64,000 bases of DNA from Ranitomeya imitator (taxonomy: Eukaryota), in assembly GCF_032444005.1 (NCBI RefSeq), contig NC_091290.1, forward strand, positions 153,636,001 to 153,700,000, written 5' to 3'. The notes beneath the pieces are model-generated. The model was given only the letters and a program-made list of their open reading frames with translations. It searched no databases and was not told the origin of the DNA. Position numbers and translations under genes: made by a program. Shown piece by piece: positions 1 to 12,383 of the stretch (the first letter of the stretch is position 1; the number at the start of each line of letters is the position of its first letter).

Positions 1-3000
1 GGGTCCTCTCTCTCTCCTGTAGAGTGTAAGCTCTTATGGTCAGTGGGGTCCTCTCTCTCTCCTGTAGAGTGTAAGCTCTTATGGTCAGTGGGGTCCTCTC
101 TCTCTCCTGTAGAGTGTAAGCTCTTATGGTCAGTGGGGTCCTCTCTCTCTCCTGTAGAGTGTAAGCTCTTATGGTCAGCGGGGTCCTCTCTCTCCTGTAG
201 AGTGTAAGCTCTTATGGTCAGTGGGGTCCTCTCTCTCCTGTAGAGTGTAAGCTCTTATGGTCAGTGGGGTCCTCTCTCTCCTGTATAGTGTAAGATATTA
301 TGGTCAGTGGGGTCCTCTCTCTCCTGTAGAGTGTAAGCTCTTATGGTCAGTGGTGTCCTCTGTCTCCTGTAGAGTGTAAGCTCTTATGGTCAGTGGGGTC
401 CTCTCTCCTGTAGAGTGTAAGCTCTTATGGTCAGTGGGGTCCTCTCTCTCCTGTAGAGTGTAAGCTCTTATGGTCAGTGGGGTCCTCTCTCTCCTGTAGA
501 GTGTAAGGTCTTATGGTCAGTGGTGTCCTCTGTCTCCTGTAGAGTGTAAGCTCTTATGGTCAGTGGGGTCCTCTCTCCTGTAGAGTGTAAGCTCTTATGG
601 TCAGTGGGGTCCTCTCTCTCCTGTAGAGTGTAAGCTCTTATGGTCAGTGGGGTCCTCTCTCTCCTGTAGAGTGTAAGGTCTTATGGTCAGTGGTGTCCTC
701 TGTCTCCTGTAGAGTGTAAGCTCTTATGGTCAGTGGGGTCCTCTCTCTCCTGTAGAGTGTAAGCTCTTATGGTCAGTGGGGTCCTCTCTCTCCTGTAGAG
801 TGTAAGGTCTTATGGTCAGTGGTGTCCTCTGTCTCCTGTAGAGTGTAAGCTCTTATGGTCAGTGGGGTCCTCTCTCCTGTAGAGTGTAAGCTCTTATGAT
901 CAGTGGGGTCCTCTCTCTCCTGTAGAGTGTAAGCTCTTATGGTCAGTGGGGTCCTCTCTCCTGTAGAGTGTAAGCTCTTATGATCAGTGGGGTCCTCTCT
1001 CTCCTGTAGAGTGTAAGTTCTTATGGTCAGTGGGGTCTTCTCTCTCCTGTAGAGTGTAAGCTCTTATGGTCAGTGGGGTCCTCTCTCTCTTTTAGAGTGT
1101 AAGCTCTTATGGTCAGTGAGGTCCTCTCTATCCTGCAGAGTGTAAGCTCTTATGGTCAGTGGGGTCCTCTCTCCTGTAGAGTGTAAGCTCTTATGATCAG
1201 TGGGGTCCTCTCTCTCCTGTAGAGTGTAAGCTCTTATGGTCAGTGGGGTCCTCTCTCTCCTGTAGAGTGTAAGCTCTTATGGTCAGTGGTGTCCTCTGTC
1301 TCCTGTAGAGTGTAAGCTCTTATGGTCAGTGGGGTCCTCTCTCCTGTAGAGTGTAAGCTCTTATGGTCAGTGGGGTCCTCTCTCTCCTGTAGAGTGTAAG
1401 CTCTTATGGTCAGTGGGGTCCTCTCTCTCCTGTAGAGTGTAAGGTCTTATGGTCAGTGGTGTCCTCTGTCTCCTGTAGAGTGTAAGCTCTTATGGTCAGT
1501 GGGGTCCTCTCTCCTGTAGAGTGTAAGCTCTTATGATCAGTGGGGTCCTCTCTCTCCTGTAGAGTGTAAGCTCTTATGGTCAGTGGGGTCCTCTCTCCTG
1601 TAGAGTGTAAGCTCTTATGGTCAGTGGGGTCCTCTCTCCTGTAGAGTGTAAGCTCTTATGGTCAGTGGGGTCCTCTCTCCTGTAGAGTGTAAGCTCTTAT
1701 GGTCAGTGGTGTCCTCTCTCTCCTGTAGAGTGTAAGCTCTTATGGTCAGTGGGGTCCTCTCTCCTGTAGAATGTAAGCTCTTATGGTCAGTGGGGTCCTC
1801 TCTCTCCTGTAGAGTGTAAGCTCTTATGGTCAGTGGGGTCCTCTCTCCTGTAGAGTGTAAGCTCTTATGGTCAGTGGGGTCCTCTCTCCTGTAGAGTGTA
1901 AGCTCTTATGGTCAGTGGGGTCCTCTCTCCTGTAGAGTGTAAGCTCTTATGGTCAGTGGTGTCCTCTCTCTCCTGTAGAGTGTAAGCTCTTATGGTCAGT
2001 GGGGTCCTCTCTCCTGTAGAATGTAAGCTCTTATGGTCAGTGGGGTCCTCTCTCCTGTAGAGTGTAAGCTCTTATGGTCAGTGGGGTCCTCTCTCCTGTA
2101 GAGTGTAAGCTCTTATGGTCAGTGGTGTCCTCTCTCTCCTGTAGAGTGTAAGTTCTTATGGTCAGTGGGGTCCTCTCTCTCCTGTAGAGTGTAAGCTCTT
2201 ATGGTCAGTGGGGTCCTCTCTCTCCTGTAGAGTGTAAGCTCTTATGGTCAGTGGGATCCTCTCTCTCCTGTAGAGTGTAAGCTCTTATGGTCAGCGGGGT
2301 CCTCTCTCTCCTGTAGAGTGTAAGCTCTTATGGTCAGTGGGATCCTCTCTCTCCTGTAGAATGTAAGCTCTTATGGTCAGTGGGGTCCTCTCTCTCCTGT
2401 AGAGTGTGAGCTCTTATGGTCAGTGGGGTCCTCTCTCTCTCTCCTGTAGAGTGTAAGCTCTTATGGTCAGTGAGGTCCTCTCTCTCCTGTAGAGTGTAAG
2501 CTCTTATGGTCAGTGAGGTCCTCTCTCTCCTGTAGAGTGTAAGCTCTTATGGTCAGTGGGGTCCTCTCTCTCTCTCCTGTAGAGTGTAAGCTCTTATGGT
2601 CAGTGGGGTCCTCTCTCTCCTGTAGAATGTAAGCTCTTATGGTCAGTGGGGTCCTCTCTCTCCTGTAGAGTGTAAGCTCTTATGGTCAGTGGGGTCCTCT
2701 CTCTCCTGTAGAGTGTAAGCTCTTATGGTCAGTGGGGTCCTCTCTCTCCTGTGGAGTGTAAGCTCTTATGGTCAGTGGGGTCCTCTCTCTCCTGTAGAGT
2801 GTAAGCTCTTATGATCAGTGGGATCCTCTCTCTCTCCTGTAGAGTGTAAGCTCTTATGATCAGTGGGATCTTCTCTCTCTCCTGTAGAGTGTAAGCTCTT
2901 ATGATCAGTGGGATCCTCTCTCTCTCCTGTGGAGTGTAAGCTCTTATGGTCAGTGAGGTCCTCTCTCCTGTAGAGTGTAAGCTCTTATGGTCAGCAGGGT

Positions 3001-6000
3001 CCTCTCTCTCTCCTGTAGAGTGTAAACTCTTATGATCAGCGGGGTCCTCTCCCTCCTGTAGAGTGTAAGCTCTTATGGTCAGTGGGGTCCTCTCTCTCTC
3101 CTGTAGAGTGTAAGCTCTTATGGTCAGTGGGGTCCTCTCTCTCTCCTGTAGAGTGTAAGCTCTTATGGTCAGTGAGGTCATCTCTCTCCTGTAGAGTGTA
3201 AGCTCTTATGGTCAGTGGAGTCCTCTCTCTCCTGTAGAGTGTAAGCTCTTATGGTCAGTGGGATCCTCTCTCTCCTGTAGAGTGTAAGCTCTTATGGTCA
3301 GTGGGATCCTCTCTCTCCTGTAGAGTGTAAGCTCTTATGGTCAGTGGGATCCGCTCTCTCCTGTAGAGTGTAAGCTCTTATGGTCAGTGGGGTCCTCTCT
3401 CTCCTGTAGAGTGTAAGCTCTTATGATCAGTGGGGTCCTCTCTCTCCTGTAGAGTGTAAGCTCTTATGGTCAGTGAGGTCATCTCTCTCTCCTGTAGAGT
3501 GTAAGCTCTTATGGTCAGTGGAGTCCTCTCTCTCCTGTAGAGTGTAAGCTCTTATGGTCAGTGGGATCCTCTCTCTCTCCTGTAGAGTGTAAGCTCTTAT
3601 GGTCAGTGGGGTCCTCTCTCTCCTGTAGAGTGTAAGCTCTTATGGTCAGTGGGGTCCTCTCTCTACTGTAGAGTGTAAGCTCTTATGATCAGTGGGGTCC
3701 TCTCTCTCCTGTAGAGTGTAAGCTCTTATGGTCAGTGAGGTCATCTCTCTCTCCTGTAGAGTGTAAGCTCTTATGGTCAGTGGGGTCCTCTCTCTCCTGT
3801 AGAGTGTAAGCTCTTATGGTCAGTGGGGTCCTCTCTCTCTCCTGTAGAGTGTAAGCTCTTATGGTCAGTGGAGTCCTCTCTCTCCTGTAGAGTGTAAGCT
3901 CTTATGGTCAGTGGGATCCTCTCTCTCCTGTAGAGTGTAAGCTCTTATGGTCAGTGAGGTCATCTCTCTCTCCTGTAGAGTGTAAGCTCTTATGGTCAGT
4001 GGAGTCCTCTCTCTCCTGTAGAGTGTAAGCTCTTATGGTCAGTGGGATCCTCTCTCTCCTGTAGAGTGTAAGCTCTTATGGTCAGTGGGGTCCTCTCTCT
4101 CCTGTAGAGTGTAAGCTCTTATGGTCAGTGGGTCCTCTCTCTCCTGTAGAGTGTAAGCTCTTATGGTCAGTGGGGTCCTCTCTCTCCTGTAGAGTGTAAG
4201 CTCTTATGGTCAGTGGGGTCCTCTCTCCTGTAGAGTGTAAGCTCTTATGGTCAGTGGGGTCCTCTCTCTCCTGTAGAGTGTAAGCTTTTATGGTCAGTGA
4301 GGTCCTCTCTCTCCTGTAGAGTGTAAGCTCTTATGGTCAGTGGGGTCCTCTCTCTCCTGTAGAGTGTAAGCTCTTATGGTCAGTGGGGTCCTCTCTCTCC
4401 TGTAGAGTGTGAGCTCTTATGGTCAGTGGGGTCCTCTCTCTCCTGTAGAGTGTAAGCTCTTATGGTCAGTGGGGTCCTCTCTCCTGTAGAGTGTAAGCTC
4501 TTATGGTCAGTGGAGTCCTCTCCTGTAGAGTGTAAGCTCTTATGGTCAGTGGGGTCCTCTCTCTCTCCTGTAGAGTGTAAGCTCTTATGGTCAGTGAGGT
4601 CCTCTCTCTCCTGTAGAGTGTAAGCTCTTATGGTCAGTGGGGTCCTCTCTCTCCTGTAGAATGTAAGCTCTTATGGTCAGTGGGGTCCTCTCTCTCTCTC
4701 CTATAGAGTGTAAGCTCTTATGGTCAATGGGGTCCTCTCTCTCCTGTAGAGTGTAAGCTCTTATGGTCAGTGGGGTCCTCTCTCTCCTGTAGAGTGTAAG
4801 CTCTTATGGTCAGTGGGGTCCTCTCTCTCCTGTAGAGTGTAAGCTCTTATGGTCAGTGAGGTCATCTCTCTTCTGTAGAGTGTAAGCTCTTATGGTCAGT
4901 GGGGTCCTCTCTCTCCTGTAGAATGTAAGCTCTTATGTTCAGTGGGGTCCTCTCTCTCCTGTAGAATGTAAGCTCTTATGGTCAGTGGGGTCCTCTCTCT
5001 CTCCTATAGAGTGTAAGCTCTTATGGTCAATGGGGTCCTCTCTCTCCTGTAGAGTGTAAGCTCTTATGGTCAGTGGGGTCCTCTCTCTCCTGTAGAGTGT
5101 AAGCTCTTATGGTCAGTGGGGTCCTCTCTCTCTCCTATAGAGTGTAAGCTCTTATGGTCAATGGGGTCCTCTCTCTCCTGTAGAGTGTAAGCTCTTATGG
5201 TCAGTGGGGTCCTCTCTCTCCTGTAGAGTGTAAGCTCTTATGGTCAGTGGGGTCCTCTCTCTCCTGTAGAGTGTAAGCTCTTATGGTCAGTGGGGTCCTC
5301 TCTCTCCTGTAGAATGTAAGCTCTTATGGTCAGTGGGGTCCTCTCTCTCTCCTATAGAGTGTAAGCTCTTATGGTCAATGGGGTCCTCTCTCTCCTGTAG
5401 AGTGTAAGCTCTTATGGTCAGTGGGGTCCTCTCTCTCCTGTAGAGTGTAAGCTCTTATGGTCAGTGGGGTCCTCTCTCTCCTGTAGAGTGTAAGCTCTTA
5501 TGGTCAGTGGGGTCCTCTCTCTCCTGTAGAGTGTAAGCTCTTATGGTCAGTGAGGTCATCTCTCTCCTGTAGAGTGTAAGCTCTTATGGTCAGTGGGGTC
5601 CTCTCTCTCCTGTAGAGTGTAAGCTCTTATGGTCAGTGGGGTCCTCTCTCCTGTAGAGTGTAAGCTCTTATGGTCAGTGGGGTCCTCTCTCTCCTGTAGA
5701 GTGTAAGCTTTTATGGTCAGTGAGGTCCTCTCTCTCCTGTAGAGTGTAAGCTCTTATGGTCAGTGGGGTCCTCTCTCTCCTGTAGAGTGTAAGCTCTTAT
5801 GGTCAGTGGGGTCCTCTCTCTCCTGTAGAGTGTGAGCTCTTATGGTCAGTGGGGTCCTCTCTCTCCTGTAGAGTGTAAGCTCTTATGGTCAGTGGGGTCC
5901 TCTCTCCTGTAGAGTGTAAGCTCTTATGGTCAGTGGAGTCCTCTCCTGTAGAGTGTAAGCTCTTATGGTCAGTGGGGTCCTCTCTCTCTCCTGTAGAGTG

Positions 6001-9000
6001 TAAGCTCTTATGGTCAGTGAGGTCCTCTCTCTCCTGTAGAGTGTAAGCTCTTATGGTCAGTGGGGTCCTCTCTCTCCTGTAGAATGTAAGCTCTTATGGT
6101 CAGTGGGGTCCTCTCTCTCTCTCCTATAGAGTGTAAGCTCTTATGGTCAATGGGGTCCTCTCTCTCCTGTAGAGTGTAAGCTCTTATGGTCAGTGGGGTC
6201 CTCTCTCTCCTGTAGAGTGTAAGCTCTTATGGTCAGTGGGGTCCTCTCTCTCCTGTAGAGTGTAAGCTCTTATGGTCAGTGAGGTCATCTCTCTTCTGTA
6301 GAGTGTAAGCTCTTATGGTCAGTGGGGTCCTCTCTCTCCTGTAGAATGTAAGCTCTTATGGTCAGTGGGGTCCTCTCTCTCTCCTATAGAGTGTAAGCTC
6401 TTATGGTCAATGGGGTCCTCTCTCTCCTGTAGAGTGTAAGCTCTTATGGTCAGTGGGGTCCTCTCTCTCCTGTAGAGTGTAAGCTCTTATGGTCAGTGGG
6501 GTCCTCTCTCTCTCCTATAGAGTGTAAGCTCTTATGGTCAATGGGGTCCTCTCTCTCCTGTAGAGTGTAAGCTCTTATGGTCAGTGGGGTCCTCTCTCTC
6601 CTGTAGAGTGTAAGCTCTTATGGTCAGTGGGGTCCTCTCTCTCCTGTAGAGTGTAAGCTCTTATGGTCAGTGGGGTCCTCTCTCTCCTGTAGAATGTAAG
6701 CTCTTATGGTCAGTGGGGTCCTCTCTCTCTCCTATAGAGTGTAAGCTCTTATGGTCAATGGGGTCCTCTCTCTCCTGTAGAGTGTAAGCTCTTATGGTCA
6801 GTGGGGTCCTCTCTCTCCTGTAGAGTGTAAGCTCTTATGGTCAGTGGGGTCCTCTCTCTCCTGTAGAGTGTAAGCTCTTATGGTCAGTGGGGTCCTCTCT
6901 CTCCTGTAGAGTGTAAGCTCTTATGGTCAGTGAGGTCATCTCTCTCCTGTAGAGTGTAAGCTCTTATGGTCAGTGGGGTCCTCTCTCTCCTGTAGAGTGT
7001 AAGCTCTTATGGTCAGTGGGGTCCTCTCTCCTGTAGAGTGTAAGCTCTTATGGTCAGTGGAGTCCTCTCCTGTAGAGTGTAAGCTCTTATGATCAGTGGG
7101 GTCCTCTTTCTCCTGTAGAGTGTAAGCTCTTATGGTCAGCGGGGTCCTCTCTCCTGTAGAGTGTAAGCTCTTATGGTCAGCAGGGTCCTCTCTCTCTCCT
7201 GTAGAGTGTAAACTCTTATGATCAGTGGGGTCCTCTCTCTCCTGTAGAGTGTAAGCTCTTATGGTCAGTGGGATCCTCTCTCTCCTGTAGAGTGTAAGCT
7301 CTTATGGTCAGTGGGATCCGCTCTCTCCTGTAGAGTGTAAGCTCTTATGGTCAGTGGGGTCCTCTCTCTCCTGTAGAGTGTAAGCTCTTATGGTCAGTGG
7401 GGTCCTCTCTCTCCTGTAGAGTGTAAGCTCTTATGATCAGTGGGGTCCTCTCTCTCCTGTAGAGTGTAAGCTCTTATGGTCAGAGGGGTCCTCTCTCTCC
7501 TGTAGAGTGTAAGCTCTTATGGTCAGTGGGGTCCTCTCTCCTGTAGAGTGTAAGCTCTTATGGTCAGTGGAGTCCTCTCCTGTAGAGTGTAAGCTCTTAT
7601 GGTCAGTGGGGTCCTCTCTCTCCTGTAGAGTGTAAGCTTTTATGGTCAGTGAGGTCCTCTCTCTCCTGTAGAGTGTAAGCTCTTATGGTCAGAGGGGTCC
7701 TCTCTCTCCTGTAGAGTGTAAGCTCTTATGGTCAGTGGGGTCCTCTCTCTCCTGTAGAGTGTGAGCTCTTATGGTCAGTGGGGTCCTCTCTCTCCTGTAG
7801 AGTGTAAGCTCTTATGGTCAGTGGGGTCCTCTCTCCTGTAGAGTGTAAGCTCTTATGGTCAGTGGAGTCCTCTCCTGTAGAGTGTAAGCTCTTATGGTCA
7901 GTGGGGTCCTCTCTCTCTCCTGTAGAGTGTAAGCTCTTATGGTCAGTGGGTCCTCTCTCTCCTGTAGAGTGTAAGCTCTTATGGTCAGTGGGTCCTCTCT
8001 CTCCTGTAGAGTGTAAGCTCTTATGGTCAGTGGGTCCTCTCTCTCCTGTAGAGTGTAAGCTCTTATGGTCAGTGGGTCCTCTCTCTCCTGTAGAGTGTAA
8101 GCTCTTATGGTCAGTGGTGTCTTCTGTCTCCTGTAGAGTGTAAGCTCTTATAGTCAGTGGGTCCTCTCTCTCCTGTAGAGTGTAAGCTCTTATGGTCAGT
8201 GAGGTCCTCTCTCTCTCCTGTAGAGTGTAAGCTCTTATGGTCAGTGGAGTCCTCTGTCTCCTGTAGAGTGTAAGCTCTTATGATCAGTGGGGTCTTCTCT
8301 CCTGTAGAGTGTAAGCTCTTATGATCAGTGGGGTCCTCTCTCCTGTAGAGTGTAAGCTCTTATGGTCAGTGGGGTCCTCTCTCCTGTAGAGTGTAAGCTC
8401 TTATGATCAGTGGGGTCTTCTCTCCTGTAGAGTGTAAGCTCTTATGATCAGTGGGGTCCTCTCTCCTGTAGAGTGTAAGCTCTTATGGTCAGTGGGGTCC
8501 TCTCTCTACTGTAGAGTGTAAGCTCTTATGGTCAGTGGGTCCTCTCTCTCCTGTAGAGTGTAAGCTCTTATGATCAGTGGTGTCCTCTGTCTCCTGTAGA
8601 GTGTAAGCTCTTATGATCAGTGGGGTCCTCTGTCTCCTGTAGAGTGTAAGCTCTTATGGTCAGTGGGGTCCTCTCTCTCTCTACTGTAGAGTGTAAGCTC
8701 TTATGGTCAGTGGGGTCCTCTCTCTCTCTCCTGTAGAGTGTAAGCTCTTATGATCAGTGGGGTCCTCTCTCTCCTGTAGAGTGTAAGCTCTTATGGTCAG
8801 AGGGGTCCTCTCTCTCCTGTAGAGTGTAAGCTCTTATGGTCAGTGGGGTCCTCTCCTGTAGAGTGTAAGCTCTTATGGTCAGTGGGGTCCTCTCTCTCCT
8901 GTAGAATGTAAGCTCTTATGGTCAGTGGGGTCCTCTCTCTCTCCTATAGAGTGTAAGCTCTTATGGTCAGTGGGGTCCTCTCTCTCCTGTAGAGTGTAAG

Positions 9001-10433
9001 CTCTTATGGTCAGTGGGGTCCTCTCTCTCCTGTAGAGTGTAAGCTCTTATGGTCAGTGAGGTCATCTCTCTTCTGTAGAGTGTAAGCTCTTATGGTCAGT
9101 GGGGTCCTCTCTCTCCTGTAGAATGTAAGCTCTTATGTTCAGTGGGGTCCTCTCTCTCTCCTATAGAGTGTAAGCTCTTATGGTCAGTGGGGTCCTCTCT
9201 CTCCTGTAGAGTGTAAGCTCTTATGGTCAGTGGGGTCCTCTCTCTCCTGTAGAGTGTAAGAGCTTATGGTCAGTGGGGTCCTCTCTCTCCTGTAGAGTGT
9301 AAGCTCTTATGGTCAGTGGGGTCCTCTCTCTCCTGTAGAGTGTAAGCTCTTATGGTCAATGAGGTCCTCTCTCCTGTAGAGTGTAAGCTCTTATGGTCAG
9401 TGGGGTCTTCTCTCTCCTGTAGAGTGTAAGCTCTTATGGTCAGTAGGGTCCTCTCTCTCCTGTAGAGTGTAAGCTCTTATGGTCAGTGGGGTCCTCTCTC
9501 CTGTAGAGTGTAAGCTCTTATGGTCAGTGGGGTCCTCTCTCCTGTAGAGTGTAAGCTCTTATGGTCAGTGGGGTCCTCTCTCTCCTGTAGAGTGTAAGCT
9601 CTTATGGTCAGTGGGGTCCTCTCTCTCCTGTAGAGTGTAAGTTCTTATGGTCAGTGGGATCCTCTCTCTCCTGTAGAGTGTAAGCTCTTATGGTCAGTGG
9701 GGTCCTCTCTCTCCTGTAGAGTGTAAGCTCTTATGGTCAGTGGGGTCCTCTCTCTCCTGTAGAGTGTAAGCTCTTATGGTCAGTGAGGTCCTCTCTCTCC
9801 TGTAGAGTGTAAGCTCTTATGGTCAGTGAGGTCCTCTCTCTCCTGTAGAGTGTAAGCTCTTATGGTCAGTGGGGTCCTCTCTCTCCTGTAGAGTGTAAGC
9901 TCTTATGGTCAGTGAGGTCCTCTCTCTCCTGTAGAGTGTAAGCTCTTATGGTCAGTGGTGTCCTCTCTCCTGTAGAGTGTAAGCTCTTATGGTCAGTGGG
10001 GTCCTCTCTCTCCTGTAGAGTGTAAGCTCTTATGGTCAGTGGGGTCCTCTCTCCTGTAGAGTGTAAGCTCTTATGGTCAGTGGGGTCCTCTCTCTCCTGT
10101 AGAGTGTAAGCTCTTATGGTCAGTGGGGTCCTCTCTCTCCTGTAGAGTGTAAGCTCTTATGGTCAGTGTGGTCCTCTCCCTCCTGTAGAGTGTAAGTTCT
10201 TATGGTCAGTGGGGTCCTCTCTCTCCTGTAGAGTGTAAGCTCTTATGGTCAGTGGGGTCCTCTCTCTCCTGTAGAGTGTAAGCTCTTATGGTCAGTGGGG
10301 TCCTCTCTCTCTCCTGTAGAGTGTAAGCTCTTATGATCAGTGGGGTCCTCTCTCTCTCCTGTAGAGTGTAAGCTCTTATGGTCAGTGGGGTCCTCTCTCC
10401 TGTAGAGTGTAAGCTCTTATGGTCAGTGGGGTC
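1..10433. repeat. Minisatellite array, 41-47 bp unit (GTGGGGTC(CT)nCCTGTAGAGTGTAAGCTCTTATGGTCA), roughly 240 copies, in WTIP intron 1; runs off the left edge
   Basis: Directly visible tandem unit; length varies with the (CT)n tract. Confidence 0.99.
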
Positions 10434-11019
10434 GGTCTTGCACTGGGAAATGACAGTACCCAACTGTGACCCCCGAGCAGGCATGTGGGGTCTTCAGCAC
10501 ATCGATCCCATGCACCCCTCAAGATGCTCCATAATGATGGACATTTCTCACCTCATGCATGACTGCGGCCTGTGTTTGGATTTTGACAGGTCAGCGGGGT
10601 CAATGAGGCAGAACCCCAGATAATCACTAAAGAGACCCCAAAAATCTGCTGTTACAAGATGATGAGTGTTGGAGGGGTCCACAGAAGCCCCCAACAAAAG
10701 AACAAAAAGTCAGTCACATGCACATCACGTCCGGTCACTGCAGCCGGCGTCGCATCAGCTCTGCTCCATCTCTAACGGCGCCGCAAGTAGGACACAAGGG
10801 ACGGAGAGCGTCAGCTCCAGAGCGCAACACCGCGAGACGCTGCAACGAGGGAAACAAGGCCGACCAATCAGATCTGCGCAAGTGGCCACCGCCGGGCAAC
10901 GTCATGTGTCAGATCAGAGCGCAGTCGTCACCAATGACGAGCGAGAGACGACACGGCCGGAGATGAAGCCCGGTGCACAAAGGGTTACACAGGCCGGCGA
11001 CGGGACCCTCCGTCCTCTC

Positions 11020-12383
11020 CCTGCACCCCCCCGTCCCCTCAGTCCTCCGGACACCCCCCGTCCCCTGACAACCCCGTCCCCTGAAACCCCCATCCACTCA
11101 GTCCTCCGGACACCCCCTGTCCCCTGACACCCCCGTCCCCTGAAACCCCATCCCCTGAAACCCCCATCCCCTCAGTCCTCCGGTCCCCCAGACACCACCA
11201 TTTCCCCAGTCCTCTGGACACCCCGGTCCCCCCTGCCCTCCGGACACCCTGGTTCCACAGACACCCCCGTCCCCTCAGTCCTCTGGTCCCCCGGTTACCC
11301 CAGTCCTCCGGTCCCACAGACACCCCCGTCCCCCGGACATCCCTGTCCCCTCAGTCCTCCGTCCCCCCGTCCTTGGGTTTTACCGAAGTACTCTTTCATG
11401 TGTATCTCCAGGGTCAGGGCCTCCAGCCTCCTCCGGTTGCCCCAGTTCTCTGGTCCCCCCTGCCCTCCGTCCCCCGGTTACCCCAGTCCTCCGGTCCCCC
11501 CCGGTTACCCCAGTCCTCCGGCTCCCCCCGGTTACCCCAGTTCTCCGGTCCCCCTGCCCTCCGTCCCCCGGTTACCCCGGTGTCCCCCCCCCTTCCGTCC
11601 CCCGATCCCCTCAGTCCTCCGGTCCCCCCCGCCCCGGCTCTTACCGAAGTACTCCTTCTTCATGTGCATCTCCAGCTCCCGCTCCAGGGTCAGGGCCTCC
11701 AGCCTCCTCCGGTTACCCCCGTCCCCTGGTTACCCCAGTCCTCCGGTCCCCTCAGTCCTCCGGTCCCCCCCGGTTACCCCAGTCCTCCGGTCCCCCCCGG
11801 TTACCCCAGTCCTCCGGTCCCCCCCATCCTCCGGTCCCCGGGCTCTTACCGAAGTACTCCTTCATGTGCATCTCCAGGGTCAGAGCCTCCAGCCTCCTCC
11901 GGTTACCCCCGTCCCCTCAGTCCTCCGGTCCCCCCTGCCCTCCGTCCCCCCCATCCTTCGGTCCCCCTCAGTCCTCCGGTCCCCCCCAGTCCTCCCCCGG
12001 TTACCCCAGTCCTCCGGTCCCCCTGCCCTCCGTCCCCCGGTTACCCCGGTCCCCCCAGTCCTCCGTCCCCCGGTCCTCCGGTCCCCCCTGCCCTCCGTCC
12101 CCCGGTCCCCCCTGCCCTCCGTCCCCCCCATCCTCCGGTCCCCCTCAGTCCTCCGGTCCCCCCCCGCCCCGGCTCTTACCGAAGTACTCCTTCTTCATGT
12201 TTATCTCCAGGGTCAGGGCCTCCAGCCTCCCCCGGTTACCCCAGTCTTCCGGCCCCCCCCGGTTACCCCAGTCCTCCGGTCCCTCCAGCCTCCCCCGGTT
12301 ACCCCAGTCCTCCGGTCCCCCCCAGGTTACCCCAGTCCTCCGGTCCCCCCCAGTCCTCCGGTCCCCCCCGCCCCGGCTCTTAC
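11020..12383. repeat. Compound C-rich repeat (GGTTACCCCAGTCCTCCGGTCCCC-type units) with four extra copies of the WTIP exon-1/intron-1 junction
   Basis: Copies of TTACCGAAGTACTC...CCAGGGTCAGGGCCTCCAGCCTCC at about 11381, 11641, 11846 and 12176, embedded in short C-rich repeats. Confidence 0.95.
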
